The notes: generated by a model from the letters alone, not told the origin. 63,694 bases of DNA, filler included, from Octopus bimaculoides (GCF_001194135.2; 6 parts of 6 records of this genome joined end to end with filler, not necessarily neighbours in it); one strand, 5' to 3'. Counted from the first letter of the whole stretch, positions 26,755-40,125 are shown. Numbers and translations are program-made.

Positions 26755-27486
26755 AGAAAGGTAAGTTGACTGAATGGAAAATGAAAAAAAAAATGGAGGG
26801 GGGCTGGTATTCAGGTAGATGAGGGGCATGAGTATTAATCCGTAGTAAGTACTGAGGTCACAACAGCGGACTGAGTCACTGGCGTGGAGTATCCACATTG
26901 TAGGAAATAGTAGATCGTGATGGAATGAGTAAGCATTAAAGTTGTAGTCATGGCTACAGAAGTGGTAAAAGCGTAAGTGGGAGAATTCTGAGTAGGGAAT
27001 ATTAAATTTGGTGCGAGAGGCGTGGAATGACGTGAAACCGAAAGAAGAGTGGAAGCTTTGGATTTGTAAAACGGCGAAAGAAGAAGGTTTATATTGGTCA
27101 GTAGAAATAGAGATGTCCAGGAAGTTAACGGGGCAGGCAGAAATGGTGGCTGTGAAATGTACGGTAGAGACGAAGGTGCTGACGCGGTCAATGAAAAACG
27201 TGAATTGTTTGGAGTTGAGGGAAGTAGTGTCGATAGTTATCGATGTAATGATTGTATAGCTCTGCGGTGGAGCCGGCGAAAAAAAGTAAAAAATCTGGAT
27301 TTCCAAACATAACCAAGAAATATACTGGCGTAGTTGGTGACATGTGAGTCGAAGTCATTGGAAAAAAAAGAAGTTAAGAATGAGGGCGAATTTGATGGGA
27401 TTAAGGAGAATAGTGGAACTGGGTTCGAAATTGTTATGACGACCAAGGGTGAATTTGTGATTATCTACAACGACAATGGTTTCGAC

Positions 27487-28157
27487 CAGTGGTTCTCAAT
27501 CAGGGTCCATATAAAATTTTGGTGTTAAAATATGTGTGCAATGAATTGGCTATATTACTACAATACACCAAATATTTTTGCAATGTTTTGAAAATAAAAT
27601 TCCTAATAATATTTAAGCATCGAATGGCTATGTAGTGGCGTCTGCTACCAGTCGCCATTTTGGAGAGTTTATCCACACATGCTCAGGGACTAGTCTTCCG
27701 GAAGGCATGCAGGAAGTCCCTCGTGCGCATGCGTGGTCATCCAACATCCAAGCGTTCCCGCGTCTCTCTGCCTCTTTTGCTTGCTGAACTTCGTGGAAGC
27801 TAGACGTCTCGACAGCAGCTCTCCGTCAACTCTACAATGAATCCACATAGTTAACCAGAGAGGAGGAAATGACTTCAACCACGCAACTTCATTGACGGAG
27901 TCTCATCTAATCAAAAGGCGACATGCTACCGAATTCCCTCCTAGTGTGAGCAGAATTCTACTATAAAAAATATTTGTTATGCTGTTTTAGTTCAGAGTCC
28001 GCGTTCCGTTTTCTTCCTTGAAGTATTTAATGTACGGAATTGGGATACACAGGATGGTGTGTACCCTCTTCCCTACATCTATGAGGACCAGCCCGAGTAA
28101 AATAGGAATTAAAGGGGTCCATCGGCGAAAAAAAAAGAAAATGGTTGAGAACCACTA
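27487..28157. mobile_element. Non-autonomous hAT (Charlie-like) element
   Basis: TIRs cagtggttctcaa / ttgagaaccacta; 8-bp flanks gtttcgac / gtttagag (6/8, decayed TSD). Confidence 0.8.
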
Positions 28158-28336
28158 GTTTAGAGGGACTTAACATAGTTCTAGCTTACCATTCTGGCCC
28201 GGATTGAAGAGAAGGAATTGAAAAGACAGAAAACGTAGATGGTTTTATAGATGAGAGAACTGTACATTCATGTGCATAACATAGTCATAGGTTGGTAGCG
28301 TGTTTGTATATGCTTGTGTGTATGTGTGAACAGACA

Positions 28337-28553
28337 TAGGGATGCTGAAAAGTTCCTGGCTTTAAGAGTGTCGCGAAAGGCCCGGTTGAAGGTCCAACCT
28401 TTCGAGTTCTTTTACAAGGCTTAGAAAAACTGAAGGAGCGCTGCAATAGGTGTGTGAATCTGAGAGAGGAATATATTGAATAAAATCATAATTAACTGAT
28501 CCTCTTGTGTTTTCTTTTACCCAAATGCAGGACCTTTTCAGCACACTCTCATA
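28337..28553 (+). mobile_element. Mariner-derived MITE
   Basis: TIRs gatgctgaaaagttcctg / caggaccttttcagcac. Interior encodes a transposase C-terminus LQGLEKLKERCNRCVNLREEYIE*. Confidence 0.85.
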
Positions 28554-28648
28554 TCTGAGTGAATGTACAATTGGGTATTATGATGTACAACAACAAAACT
28601 CCACACACACGTAACTATACATCGACCTGCATTCAACGACGTGTGTAT

Positions 28649-28820
28649 GTCATTTGACTGCGGCCATGCTGGAGCACCACATTTAGTCGAGCAAATCGTC
28701 CCCAGCACTTATTCTTTGTAAGCCTAATACTTGTTCTATCGTCTCTTTTGCCGGACTGGTATGTTACGGGGACGTAAACACATCAGCATCGGTTGTCAAT
28801 CGATGCTGGGGGACAAACAC
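28649..28820 (-). mobile_element. SINE family E tail
   Basis: gtcatttgactgcggccatgctggagcacc...ggggacaaacac, then a microsatellite and a gap. Confidence 0.9.
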
Positions 28821-28851
<31 letters not shown>

Positions 28852-28957
28852 TATATANNNNNNNNNNNNNNNNNNNNNNNNNNNNNNNNNNNNNNNNNNN
28901 NTTAATTAATTAANNNNNNNNNNNNNNNNNNNNNNNNNNNNNNNNNNNNNNNNNNNN

Positions 28958-28989
<32 letters not shown>

Positions 28990-29321
28990 CATGTATATAT
29001 ATATGTATATATATATACATATGTACATATGTATACATATGTGTATATTCATATACATATATATACACGTATACATATCTACCTTCGTACATGTATATAT
29101 ATGTGTGTGCATATGTATACACACACACACACGCACACACACACACACATTTATATATATATAGGTATGTATATGTGTGTTATTGTATACCTGACACTAT
29201 TGAAACCCTTGTACTTTTCCCTGGTAATGGGCTCTCTTAATTTATATAGTTGTCATGAGTCATTTTTGCTGCGTAAAAATATACACTAACTACATATACA
29301 TACAAATATATATACATGCAA

Positions 29322-29379
<58 letters not shown>

Positions 29380-30235
29380 ATATATTTCGTTATTAAAAGG
29401 CAATTTTCATAACTTTTAAATTGTTATTGCAACGGTTGTTTTTGATGGTTTGTTTTGTTAGTTTTCATCATCGTCATCGTTAACTCTGCTGACGACGTCG
29501 GATTCATTAATATTGTTGTTATAGGTTGCTATATACTTTGTAAATTTTTTTTTCTCCATTTATTTCATTGCACCATTGTATTTTTCATCTTTTTTTTTAT
29601 AATTTTTTTTTCCGTTTATGTTGTTGTTGCTGTTATCACTGTCGTTGTTGTTTTTGTCGCTGAAATTATTCTTACTTACTGGCTTAATCGTTTTGCCCAG
29701 GGGAAGATTCGAAATCAGCACTAACAACGTACAAAGTAATAAATGAAAAATTAATAAATTAAAATAAAAATAAAATGAAATAAAGTATATAATAGACAAA
29801 TAAAATTTAATTATACACAGTCTCTGCAGAGCCCTTACCATAATATATAATAGCGACCTTCGACCTCCGATGTCAGATATAACGCTGCACCACACTTGGA
29901 AACAGAAAACCATCTCTCCAACCACTTTCCAGATGACATCTATAGCTTGATATCCTTACAAAGGGTTAGTATGGCTGCCTACATATGATCGCTCGAACAC
30001 TGTTCTGTTAGGAACAGCAGGCGCTTTCCTCTTAGGATACTCCCTTACGTTGGAGTATTTGGTCCAAGACGTGCAAATGAATATAACAGTCAAGGATGAA
30101 ATATGTTCGGTTGTTGTCGTACTTGGCTAGGATGGACTTGCAGTTAAACAACGTCAGGAACTGAGGCGAGCCATGAAAGCGATTCGGAGCTATTATCAGA
30201 AAACCGGCAAGATGTATATGAATATTACATATCAG

Positions 30236-30450
30236 TCTTTCTCTTTCTCTTTTCCTTGTTTCAGTCTCATTTGACTGCAGTCATGCGGGAGCACTGCCTT
30301 TAGTCGAGCAAATCGACCCCAGGACATATTCTTTGTAAGCCTAGTACTTATTCTATCGGTCTTTATTACCGAACCGCTAATTTACGGGGACGTAAACACA
30401 CCACCATCGGTTGTCAAGCGATGTTGGGGGGACAAACACAAGCACATAAA
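30236..30450 (-). mobile_element. SINE family E tail
   Basis: Same family as 28649-28820; runs into (CA)n and a gap. Confidence 0.9.
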
Positions 30451-31459
30451 CACACACACACACACANNNNNNNNNNNNNNNNNNNNNNNNNNNNNNNNNN
30501 NNNNNNNNNNNNNNNNNNNNNNNNNNNNNNNNNNNNNNNNNNNNNNNNNNNNNNNNNNNNNNNNNNNNNNNNNNNNNNNNNNNNNNNNNNNNNNNNNNNN
30601 NNNNNNNNNNNNNNNNNNNNNNNNNNNNNNNNNNNNNNNNNNNNNNNNNNNNNNNNNNNNNNNNNNNNNNNNNNNNNNNNNNNNNNNNNNNNNNNNNNNN
30701 NNNNNNNNNNNNNNNNNNNNNNNNNNNNNNNNNNNNNNNNNNNNNNNNNNNNNNNNNNNNNNNNNNNNNNNNNNNNNNNNNNNNNNNNNNNNNNNNNNNN
30801 NNNNNNNNNNNNNNNNNNNNNNNNNNNNNNNNNNNNNNNNNNNNNNNNNNNNNNNNNNNNNNNNNNNNNNNNNNNNNNNNNNNNNNNNNNNNNNNNNNNN
30901 NNNNNNNNNNNNNNNNNNNNNNNNNNNNNNNNNNNNNNNNNNNNNNNNNNNNNNNNNNNNNNNNNNNNNNNNNNNNNNNNNNNNNNNNNNNNNNNNNNNN
31001 NNNNNNNNNNNNNNNNNNNNNNNNNNNNNNNNNNNNGAGAGAGAGAGAGAGAGAGAGAGATCAGGCAAAAGAATGTAGCTCTCAGCTCGTTTATTTGAAG
31101 TTACATGTATGTAATAAGAGACTTCCATAGCCCCACATTACTCAAAGTTTTGTGAGCGTAGAACGTATCTACATCATCAGATATTCAGCGTGAACGGTGA
31201 GACTATATATATATATATATATGTTTGTTTGTTTGTGAGTGTATGTATGCGTCAACATGTGTGTATGCGTGTTTTGATATATAAATATATGTGTACCTAT
31301 GCACATTTGTATATAATCCTACGTCATTATATCCTAAATAGATTGGTTATTAGTTTTGTATAAAATGCTTACCCTGAAACTCTAAGTGGCAGAGAGACAA
31401 TTGATGTGATATACTCTTTGAAAATTGTACAAGAAAGAAACAAGCAATCGGGAGAAATG

Positions 31460-31510
31460 TCACTAAGCGTTTTGTCCGGCGCGCTAACGATTCTGCCAGC
31501 TCACCGCCTT
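31460..31510 (-). mobile_element. SINE family A head fragment
   Basis: ggcgcgctaacgattctgccagctcaccgcctt. Confidence 0.8.
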
Positions 31511-33027
31511 CTTGTGCGTTATTATAATATCTAATGTCAATAATAAATAAACTTAACCCTGAAATCTTCCGCTTTTCTTTTCATTTTTTCTTTATTTTTG
31601 TTGTTCAGAAATGTCGTGAATTTATTATTCTTTATTGCGAACAATTAATCGATTATCAAATTAAATCAATTAAAATTTAATCAATTCCTTCCTCACAAAT
31701 AATCTTCAGTCTCTAATACATCACGTCTCAGTCCAATTAGCCCGAGTTAGTTCCCATTAACCGGACAATGAAACTAGACAATGACCTGCCGGAAAGTATT
31801 TCATAGAGTACCTAATCTCTTGCGAGGACATCTCTTCAACAGTTTCTGCTACAATTAACCCTACTCTAAATTTCTTCTAATTTCCAACAAGCACACCTTA
31901 CTGATATGCACAGAGATATGTTGCATATCTTCTCCCCAACCTTCAAATGCCACCCCACTTTGATAAACATATTTAAACTCATAAACATTATTTAACAATC
32001 AAACCCCCCAACGTTGAACTGTATTCTTATTCGTTCTTCTTTCCTCTGTTTTTCTTCAACGTTTGCTCATTCTCTGAATTTGACAATTCCCAATGACAAG
32101 CTTAGAAACCCACTCATTGGACTGAGTACATTCATAAGGCATGCATAGTTGTCCAGAAAGTTTCTTGGGGTGGGAGCAAGAATCTAGGGCCCTAACATTA
32201 ATCTACATATGCTGAGAATCGCTGTCAGTAACTAAATACTAATGGTCCTAGAAATTGTTTTGCCCAGCCGCCCCGGCTGTAAAAATACCTTGGCTGTTTT
32301 CACTTTTTTTTCCTCCCCTCGTAATCGCTAATTATACATTGAGTTCTTATGATTGAATTGGTCTGAACCCCTCTTCTTTTCCATGTTTCCTCTTCATTAT
32401 TGACCTGCAACATTTCAAATGAAACATTAGCTTTGTTAACCTCATCAACGCCCCATTTCAGATTTATATGATCCGAAAAGCAGACGGTCACTGCCCCAAC
32501 TCTTTGAACTGATCAATAATAATAAATTAAAAGTAAAAATCAACCAGTTAATTAATTACACTTTCTAACGCAGTCAATTATTCTTAGTTGATTAAATTCC
32601 AATTTCATCTCAGCTTAATTAACCAAATCATCATCGGTTCCTGAGTTATTAACATTTACGTACAACGGTTAATGACTATCAATTTTGCAGGCTTAACTAA
32701 ATTTTTTCACAACTTCGTCAGAGCGAGAGGGAAGGGTTGTGCCGAATATCTTATATATTTTCAGAGTCCTTGAGCCTAGTGGAAGGAAGGACATTAGCCT
32801 CAAAGTGGAAATTTGAACCTTACACCTCCAATAAAATAAACTCCACTAAAGGTATCCGAAGAGAACTAGGTGGGCATGTTAAAACGGGTAACAAAGTTTG
32901 TCAGAAAGTTGGCCCTAATTCTAACCATTACGCTAACTTACATCCTAACCATCCGACTTTTAACTAGTTTTGTTGTTATGTTTCCAACATTTACCAATAA
33001 GAGTGTACTCCCGCAAATAACTGTAAA

Positions 33028-33762
33028 GGCACAGGAGTAGCTGTGTGGTTTGCTTCCCAACCACACATTTGCGGGTTCAGTCCCATTGTATGGCACTTTG
33101 GACTAGTGTATTCTGCTATAACCTCAGGCTGACCAAAGCCCATCGTATGCATACATACATACATACATACATACATACGTACATACATACATACTTACAT
33201 ACATGCTGCCCAGTGGATGTTAACATAAACCTGAAGATCAGTGAAAAAGAGAATACCTACACTGAACTATTGAGAAATCTGCAGTTACTCTATCCAGATT
33301 ACAAATTCAGGTTTATACCTGTAATTAATGGGATCCTGGGATATGTAACACACTACCTAAATACCAATCTTGAGAAATTATGCTTCTCAAAACCAGAAAG
33401 GAGAAATTCGAACAACAGATCCACTCCATCACTGGAACTGTAAAAGTCTGTAAAACTTTCCAGAAGTTTATCATTTAAGTATACATGAGCATGTCTAGAT
33501 ATGCAACTATATGCATGAGAATAGATACATAAAACAAAGCATACAAATCTGTGCACATACATACATGTAAACAAAAATATCTTGTTGTTGATGTTGAAAT
33601 TCCAATGAAGGAGCCTTGGATTTAGGTTAGAAACCGGCTCTTTCTCTATTGGCAAGAAATCTTGAAATAAAACTGAATAATGACATACATACACACAGAT
33701 AGGTAGATAGATATTATGTGTGTATGTGTGTTTGTCCCCCACCACCGCCTGACAACTGGTGT
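33028..33762 (+). mobile_element. SINE family E (head 33028-33147, tail 33715-33762) split by a LINE insertion in its internal microsatellite
   Basis: Head ggcacaggagtagctgtgtgg...gggttcagtccca and tail tgtttgtcccccaccaccgcctgacaac are in the same orientation. Confidence 0.7.
33203..33682 (+). mobile_element. 3' end of a REL-endonuclease LINE (R4/NeSL/CRE-like group), copy 1
   Basis: CPVDVNINLKISEKENTY..L...LYPDYKFRFIPVINGILGYV resembles an REL C-terminus; homologous to 41575-41959. Confidence 0.8.
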
Positions 33763-33862
33763 NNNNNNNNNNNNNNNNNNNNNNNNNNNNNNNNNNNNNN
33801 NNNNNNNNNNNNNNNNNNNNNNNNNNNNNNNNNNNNNNNNNNNNNNNNNNNNNNNNNNNNNN

Positions 33863-34690
33863 CTTCCTCTCGGCCCATTGCCAGGCGAGAGTGACCACCC
33901 TACTCGTTATCTTGTTCCAGTTCTCCGTTTGAAGGTCAGGACCAAACCAGACCCCGAGCAACCCGAACGGACCGTCGGTCCAGCGTCCCACAACGGAGGT
34001 GCTCGCTTCTCCACGTGCCGAGCCGCAAATTCACCGACATTTCCCTGTTGATTGTCGCTCATGTTACAGCTTCGTTTTCTTTCAGTGTTTCGCCGACCAG
34101 TTCTAGCTTCTGGTTAGACACTATGAGGGTGATGTCGTCCGAGTATGCAGACACGCTCATCCCGCATCGCAGTTCTCGCGGATGCCCCTTAGCGTCGCCA
34201 ACTTCTGCAGTAGTAGCTCGGACCGAATGGTGGCTTTGTTGCCCTGTTGCACCTCCGCCACCCGGGCCTCTCGCGCGGCTCCAACACTTTCGTTCCTTAG
34301 AGTACGCACCCTAGCCCTGACAACACACCCTTGGTGTTTGGCGTTGAAGTGTTGGTAGAGGGCTAAACTCGCCGCCAAAACGTCGGACACAAGCCACTTC
34401 TAATCGCCTCTTCTAGCTTCTTAACTAGGTCACCCTCTGTTCTATTTCTATCTATGGCGAGTGCTTTGCTATACCTAATCGTTTCTGTTTTTATTTCTCT
34501 CTTGAGGGCAAACCACCATTTGTTGTTGATGATAGCTCCCGTCAAAGCCTTCTTTACTAGCGTGCTAATCCAGTCTCTGAAAACCTGTCTCGATGGGAAT
34601 GACGCGTTTAGTTTCCAGTAGCTGGGACCCTGCCTATGTGTCTAATCTAAGTCTAGCGTACACGTCACAAGTTTGTGATCCGTGTAGCTG
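33863..34690 (-). mobile_element. Tx1/L1-clade LINE ORF2 fragment, internally deleted
   Basis: DHKLV..GPSYWKLNASF (end of APE domain), linker, then directly VSAYSDDITL (RT YxDD) and LLGVWFG...NWNKI. Confidence 0.85.
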
Positions 34691-34763
34691 ACTATGTGGA
34701 TGGATGGATAGATGGATGGATAGACAGACAGTCAGACAGTCAGATGATGGATAGATAGATAGT

Positions 34764-34829
<66 letters not shown>

Positions 34830-35084
34830 TATAGATAGATAGATAGAAAAATGGATCTTCCAAATGTGTTACTATTGTGGATCAATGCTGTTCCTTAGAC
34901 ATTGAAGAATCGTCTAAATTACAGCCCATTTGGTGTCTTTAGAGGACCCTATTCCGTTGGAATCATTGAAGTCAGACCTCCATTCTTCAAGTGAAACCCT
35001 TCCTCGCCCCCATCTCAGAAACCCTTAAAACAGGCTCCACTTTTCCTCCTTTATCTAAGGCATGAAAATTACACATAGAATTAT

Positions 35085-35277
35085 TCTTTCCTACTCTAAT
35101 CACAAGACCTGAAATTTGTGGGGAGGGGCCAGTCGATTAGATCGGCCCCAGTACGCAACTGGTACTTAATTTATCGACCCTGAAAGGATGAAAGGCAAAG
35201 TCGATGTCGGCAGAATTTGAAATCAGAACGTAAAGACAGACGAAATACCGCTGAGCAATTCACCCGTATATTCTGAA
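35085..35277 (-). mobile_element. SINE family A (tail type 2)
   Basis: gtacgcaactggtacttaatttatcgacc..gaaaggatgaaaggcaaagtcga. Confidence 0.85.
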
Positions 35278-36289
35278 CAAATTTATGAGCGCCGAGTGCG
35301 TCGGTGTTCCGCATAAAATAAAGGAATTCTCGCACGCAGGATGGTGGTGAAGACAGCTTAGAAAATCGGGTAGATACCCTTCAGAAGACGGAAATAAGCG
35401 GCCAGCCAGCCTCTACAAGGAATCTAACCCTATTCCTAGCCGAAATTTGAGAGGTACAGCGTTCGATTCTCTGTAGAGGCAAAGTCGACCTCAGCGGAAT
35501 TTCAATACATAGAATTATTGAGTTCTCTTTAAAGACAAGGTTGGTCTTTTGCATTATTAATGTAGACCCCCTGGTAGTTTCCATCTCTCTATGTTCACTG
35601 TTAAGGGTCAATCCCTTGGTTAGTGTTTCTCAGAGAAAAGTCTTGAGGAAGAAGGAGCTGTGAAGATTCCAGGAAAGGTGGACAACGTGGCATATTTAAT
35701 AGAATTAAAATGGCCTCTTCATCTTTAGGCATATCTAACTTCATGACAAAGACACAAAAATTGTATGAGAGGAAACTGTATTTTGTGTTCTTGCTGATAG
35801 AGAGGAGATGGTGTACCAAAATCTTTCAAATCTTTTCACTGGAGTGAGAGTCTGCTGGCGTTGGTCAGTTTGAGAACCGCTACCCTAGGTTGAGGTAGAA
35901 GCTATCCCACAGTACCACGTAGTAGGAACGAACCTGGGGACACATGGTTGTGAAGACATTGATACGCATGAATAGATATAGTTGTTTATTGTTTTAATTA
36001 TTTTAGTCACGGATAATGCCAGTAACTTCTCCGGTTCTAATCCGAAGACAGATGTCGTAATACATGATTACATCAAGCCAAACGGGAGCCTGGACCGGGT
36101 ACGCATGGCCTACTAGAAACAATGGTTAAATCTACCTCAAACTCAAGTTGACTGCTTGAAGTAATGGAGAAGCATGGCGGATATTGTAATCGAGGAAAAA
36201 ATACTAAGATGGAATAATCCGAAGTAAACATAATACAAAGAAACTCACCAAATATCACAAGGTATTTTTGTTTTCCTGTGGCGGGACAT

Positions 36290-36710
36290 GAAAGCTGAAA
36301 TCTCAAGGTAAAAGCAGCAATCTCTTCAATAACACCATCCTACATGAGTTCTTAAATGAAAATGAGATGTGGGCAACTTAGGAAGGGAAAAAAAAAAATC
36401 AATGACATGATGCAAAGAGTCATGAAAAAATCCATGTTTAGAAAACCATTGGTAAATCGAAAATATAGCGGAGAGAACGATGTGGTCGCGGAATACCGAA
36501 TGTACAATTTCCGTGGAGCCGGAAACGTCACAAGACTCAAAGATAATAAGTGTGTTCAAGCAGTCGTTGAATGATGGGTCGAGAGATCGGAAAAGATTTG
36601 TCGGAAGATGTTCTAGGTGATGAGAAGACGTCATAGTCAAATAACTGGAACACAAATGGAAGAGAAAGGCGCAGCGAAGAGAAGAATGGAAGCTCATTAT
36701 AACCAATCAT
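36290..36710 (+). mobile_element. RTE-type LINE 3' relic
   Basis: QRVMKKSM...FRGAGNVTRLKDNKCVQAVVE*W resembles RTE RWAGHVxRxxDNRW...EW. Confidence 0.65.
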
Positions 36711-37678
36711 GTGTAAAAACAGCCGACAGTTTGGTCGATAAAAGTGTTGAAAAAAAAAATAGAAAAAATAAAGGTACTCTCACGGCTCTGCTATTTCGGC
36801 TCATGAATTGAAAGGAAATATTATTTTAGTAATAGCTAGAATTCAAAGAAAACTGATTAATGTTGTACATCAATCAGAATATTTAATATATTTGATGTGT
36901 CTGATTTGTTTATCCACGTAATTGCCTCTACATCCACTCAACTTGATCCCTTTTATAGCCTTTCTTTACCTCGTGGAATCGGTCCCCTTTAAACATTCCG
37001 AGTCTAAGTTTGAATCTTTTGAGCGCTACTAAGTGTCGTCTATACGGACAAGCTCTGGATTTCATCTGTGGACTATATGTACATACATACATACATACAT
37101 ACATACATAATTACATACATACATACATACATGCATACATACACATGAAGTGACAAGACTCATAAATGGCGTAGGAGAAAATTCATCAAAAATACTATGA
37201 AAGCTATCGACTTTGAAGTCACAAATACCAGCCCTGTTAAATAAGTGGTTAACCTTCAGATGAATTGTTCCAGAGAGCCTTTTATTAAAGATTGTAATGA
37301 AATTCGACTCAAACATTACTTTACCATGTAGAGAGTTACAGCAAACAACGTCGCTGGACACGAGAACATCAGCAACAACACGTTTAAGGTTGCGAAACAG
37401 CAGTAACCCTTTGGAAGTCATGTGGTTAAAGAATTATATATTCACCTCTCATACCTACTGTAATTATGGTTTTAGATACTCCTCGCAGAAAAATTTTATC
37501 GTTCAAATATTCAGGATTTTCAGTTACATGGATATTTGTCGTTACACACTTTGTAATTCATTACTATGTGATTTGATAGCCGAATCTATACGGGGAGCTT
37601 TCTGTGAAAGACACTCAATTCTCTAAAACCAATATGTCATCCTAATCATATATATATATATATATAGCTTCATAAATC

Positions 37679-37736
<58 letters not shown>

Positions 37737-38142
37737 NNNNNNNNNNNNNNNNNNNNNNNNNNNNNNNNNNNNNNNNNNNNNNNNNNNNNNNNNNNNNNNN
37801 NNNNNNNNNNNNNNNNNNNNNNNNNNNNNNNNNNNNNNNNNNNNNNNNNNNNNNNNNNNNNNNNNNNNNNNNNNNNNNNNNNNNNNNNNNNNNNNNNNNN
37901 NNNNNNNNNNNNNNNNNNNNNNNNNNNNNNNNNNNNNNNNNNNNNNNNNNNNNNNNNNNNNNNNNNNNNNNNNNNNNNNNNNNNNNNNNNNNNNNNNNNN
38001 NNNNNNNNNNNNNNNNNNNNNNNNNNNNNNNNNNNNNNNNNNNNNNNNNNNNNNNNNNNNNNNNNNNNNNNNNNNNNNNNNNNNNNNNNNNNNNNNNNNN
38101 NNNNNNNNNNNNNNNNNNNNNNNATATATATATATATATATA

Positions 38143-38285
38143 CGAAGAGCTTCTTTCAGTATCCGTCTACCAAATCCACTCAAGGCTTTGGTTGGCCCGA
38201 GGATATAGCAGAAGAAACTTGCCCCAGGTGCCACCCAGTGGAATTGACCCCTGGGGAAGCAAATATCTTACCACGCAGATACGCC
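38143..38285 (-). mobile_element. SINE family E head/core
   Basis: gcttctttcagt.tccgtctaccaaatccact...gtgccac...tcttaccac. Confidence 0.85.
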
Positions 38286-38827
38286 TATACATATATCTAT
38301 ACATTTCTACGTATGTATATATTTTCATGCGTGTATTTAGCTATATAGATAGCACACAAGCATATTAATTATACATACCTATCTCATTTATATCCGTTTT
38401 GAAAACGTATTTACATATCTGTTGTCATGTGCGTTTACATGTCGCTAATCGTGGGTATATAAATATAGAAACATCTATGTATGCATATAGGTTATGTAAA
38501 TATGCGTGCACGTTTTGTATACACACATAGGTCTGTACGTACGTGTATACATACGTACGTTCGTACATACGTACATGTGTTGCAAATGTCTCGACTCATT
38601 AACAAATTAACAGTGTTTAAAGTGAATTGCATATAATCAATGGGGACAATGTCCACGACGACGACGACGACGACGATGGTGATGGTGATGATGATGGTGA
38701 TGATGATGCCGATACAGTAAAGAGCAACACCCAAAGGAGATACAATGGTAAATTAAAACAACTAACCAAACAGTTATTAAACATCTATTCCCTTGATCAT
38801 CTCTCAGTTAATGTGTATGTGTGTACG

Positions 38828-38860
<33 letters not shown>

Positions 38861-39328
38861 NNNNNNNNNNATATACGTATAGACACACATACATACATTA
38901 TTACACGCATACATTATTACACGCGTCCACACATACATATTTATGTATGTGAGTGTGTGTGTGCATAGCTGTGAGTGCGTGTGTTGTGTGAAATCTCATG
39001 GGATATGGACCGTACACTCCTCCGGCATTTTTCAAACTTCCACCAGAATCCAGCCACAAAGCACACACATGCAAAAACGTACAACATACGCGCACATACA
39101 AACACCCACAAAACTGTGCACACACATACTCACACACTCACACGCGTGCGAGCACAAACTTCCGTATATAGACTTTCTAAGATTCTCCCTTTATACACTA
39201 TCAAGCCCTACTTTGCTCTCACACTACTGTTTCTTCCCCCTCTCCCCTGTTCACTCTCACATGCTTCCTTTTTATTACTCGTCACCCCTTATAATAACAT
39301 CCAATCTATCTAATCTATCTATCTACCA

Positions 39329-39379
<51 letters not shown>

Positions 39380-39442
39380 CATGTATCTATCTGAATATAT
39401 ATCTATCTGTTTATCTATCCTTGTGTATATCTATTTATCTGT

Positions 39443-39488
<46 letters not shown>

Positions 39489-39498
39489 CTCTCTCTCT

Positions 39499-39566
<68 letters not shown>

Positions 39567-39629
39567 TATTTATCTATCCTTGTGTATATTTATCTATTTA
39601 TCTGTTTATCTATCTATCTATCTTTAGGT

Positions 39630-39970
39630 AGCCGTTAGCGATTTTCTTCGCTACTTCGGGGAGCGACGACCCTGCCTGACACGAGTCCCGGTCTCAGCTG
39701 ACTCCGGCTGACAGTACCCGGTATGGGCCCCTATGCACGTCTACGGAAAGGAGACAACCTTCAAAGAAATCCGGAGTGGAGCCCCGTTGGCTGTTTAGTG
39801 TTCGATTCGACACTCTTCCGGCAGCTCCTGCAACTAAGCTGGTGCCAAACGTAATGCTCTGCACTCCTTTGGGCTACGTCAGCAAGGTCGAGAGAGGTAT
39901 CCTGACGATTGGGCTACCCAGGATTTTCTTACATCTAGCCCAGGCCTGCGCAAAACTGGAGAGGACATGA
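39630..39970 (-). mobile_element. Probable RTE (BovB-like) LINE 5' UTR fragment
   Basis: GC-rich island; reverse complement has cctctctcgaccttgctgacgtag...gtttggcaccagc...gcaggagctgccgg, recalled from RTE 5' UTRs and not verified. Confidence 0.4.
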
Positions 39971-40072
39971 AATGTAAAAACCAGACTGCATTAGTTTATG
40001 CGCAACTCCATTGTCTCCCAAGACAAAAGGATGCCAACTACAATATCTATTTATATATCTATCTATCTATAC

Positions 40073-40125
<53 letters not shown>

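Larger units (their letters stand above)
25600..28290 (-). mobile_element. Penelope-like element relic (RT plus GIY-YIG endonuclease) interrupted by three nested insertions
   Basis: After removing the insertions: VKSL*TI, YASIFLGY, HYIDN (degenerate RYIDD), HFTATISACPVNFLD, KFNIPYSEF, HPLPFFRHHRKLHGFLVHS, SVY...WYINDTYRRL..FTEH...HHFN. Confidence 0.85.
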
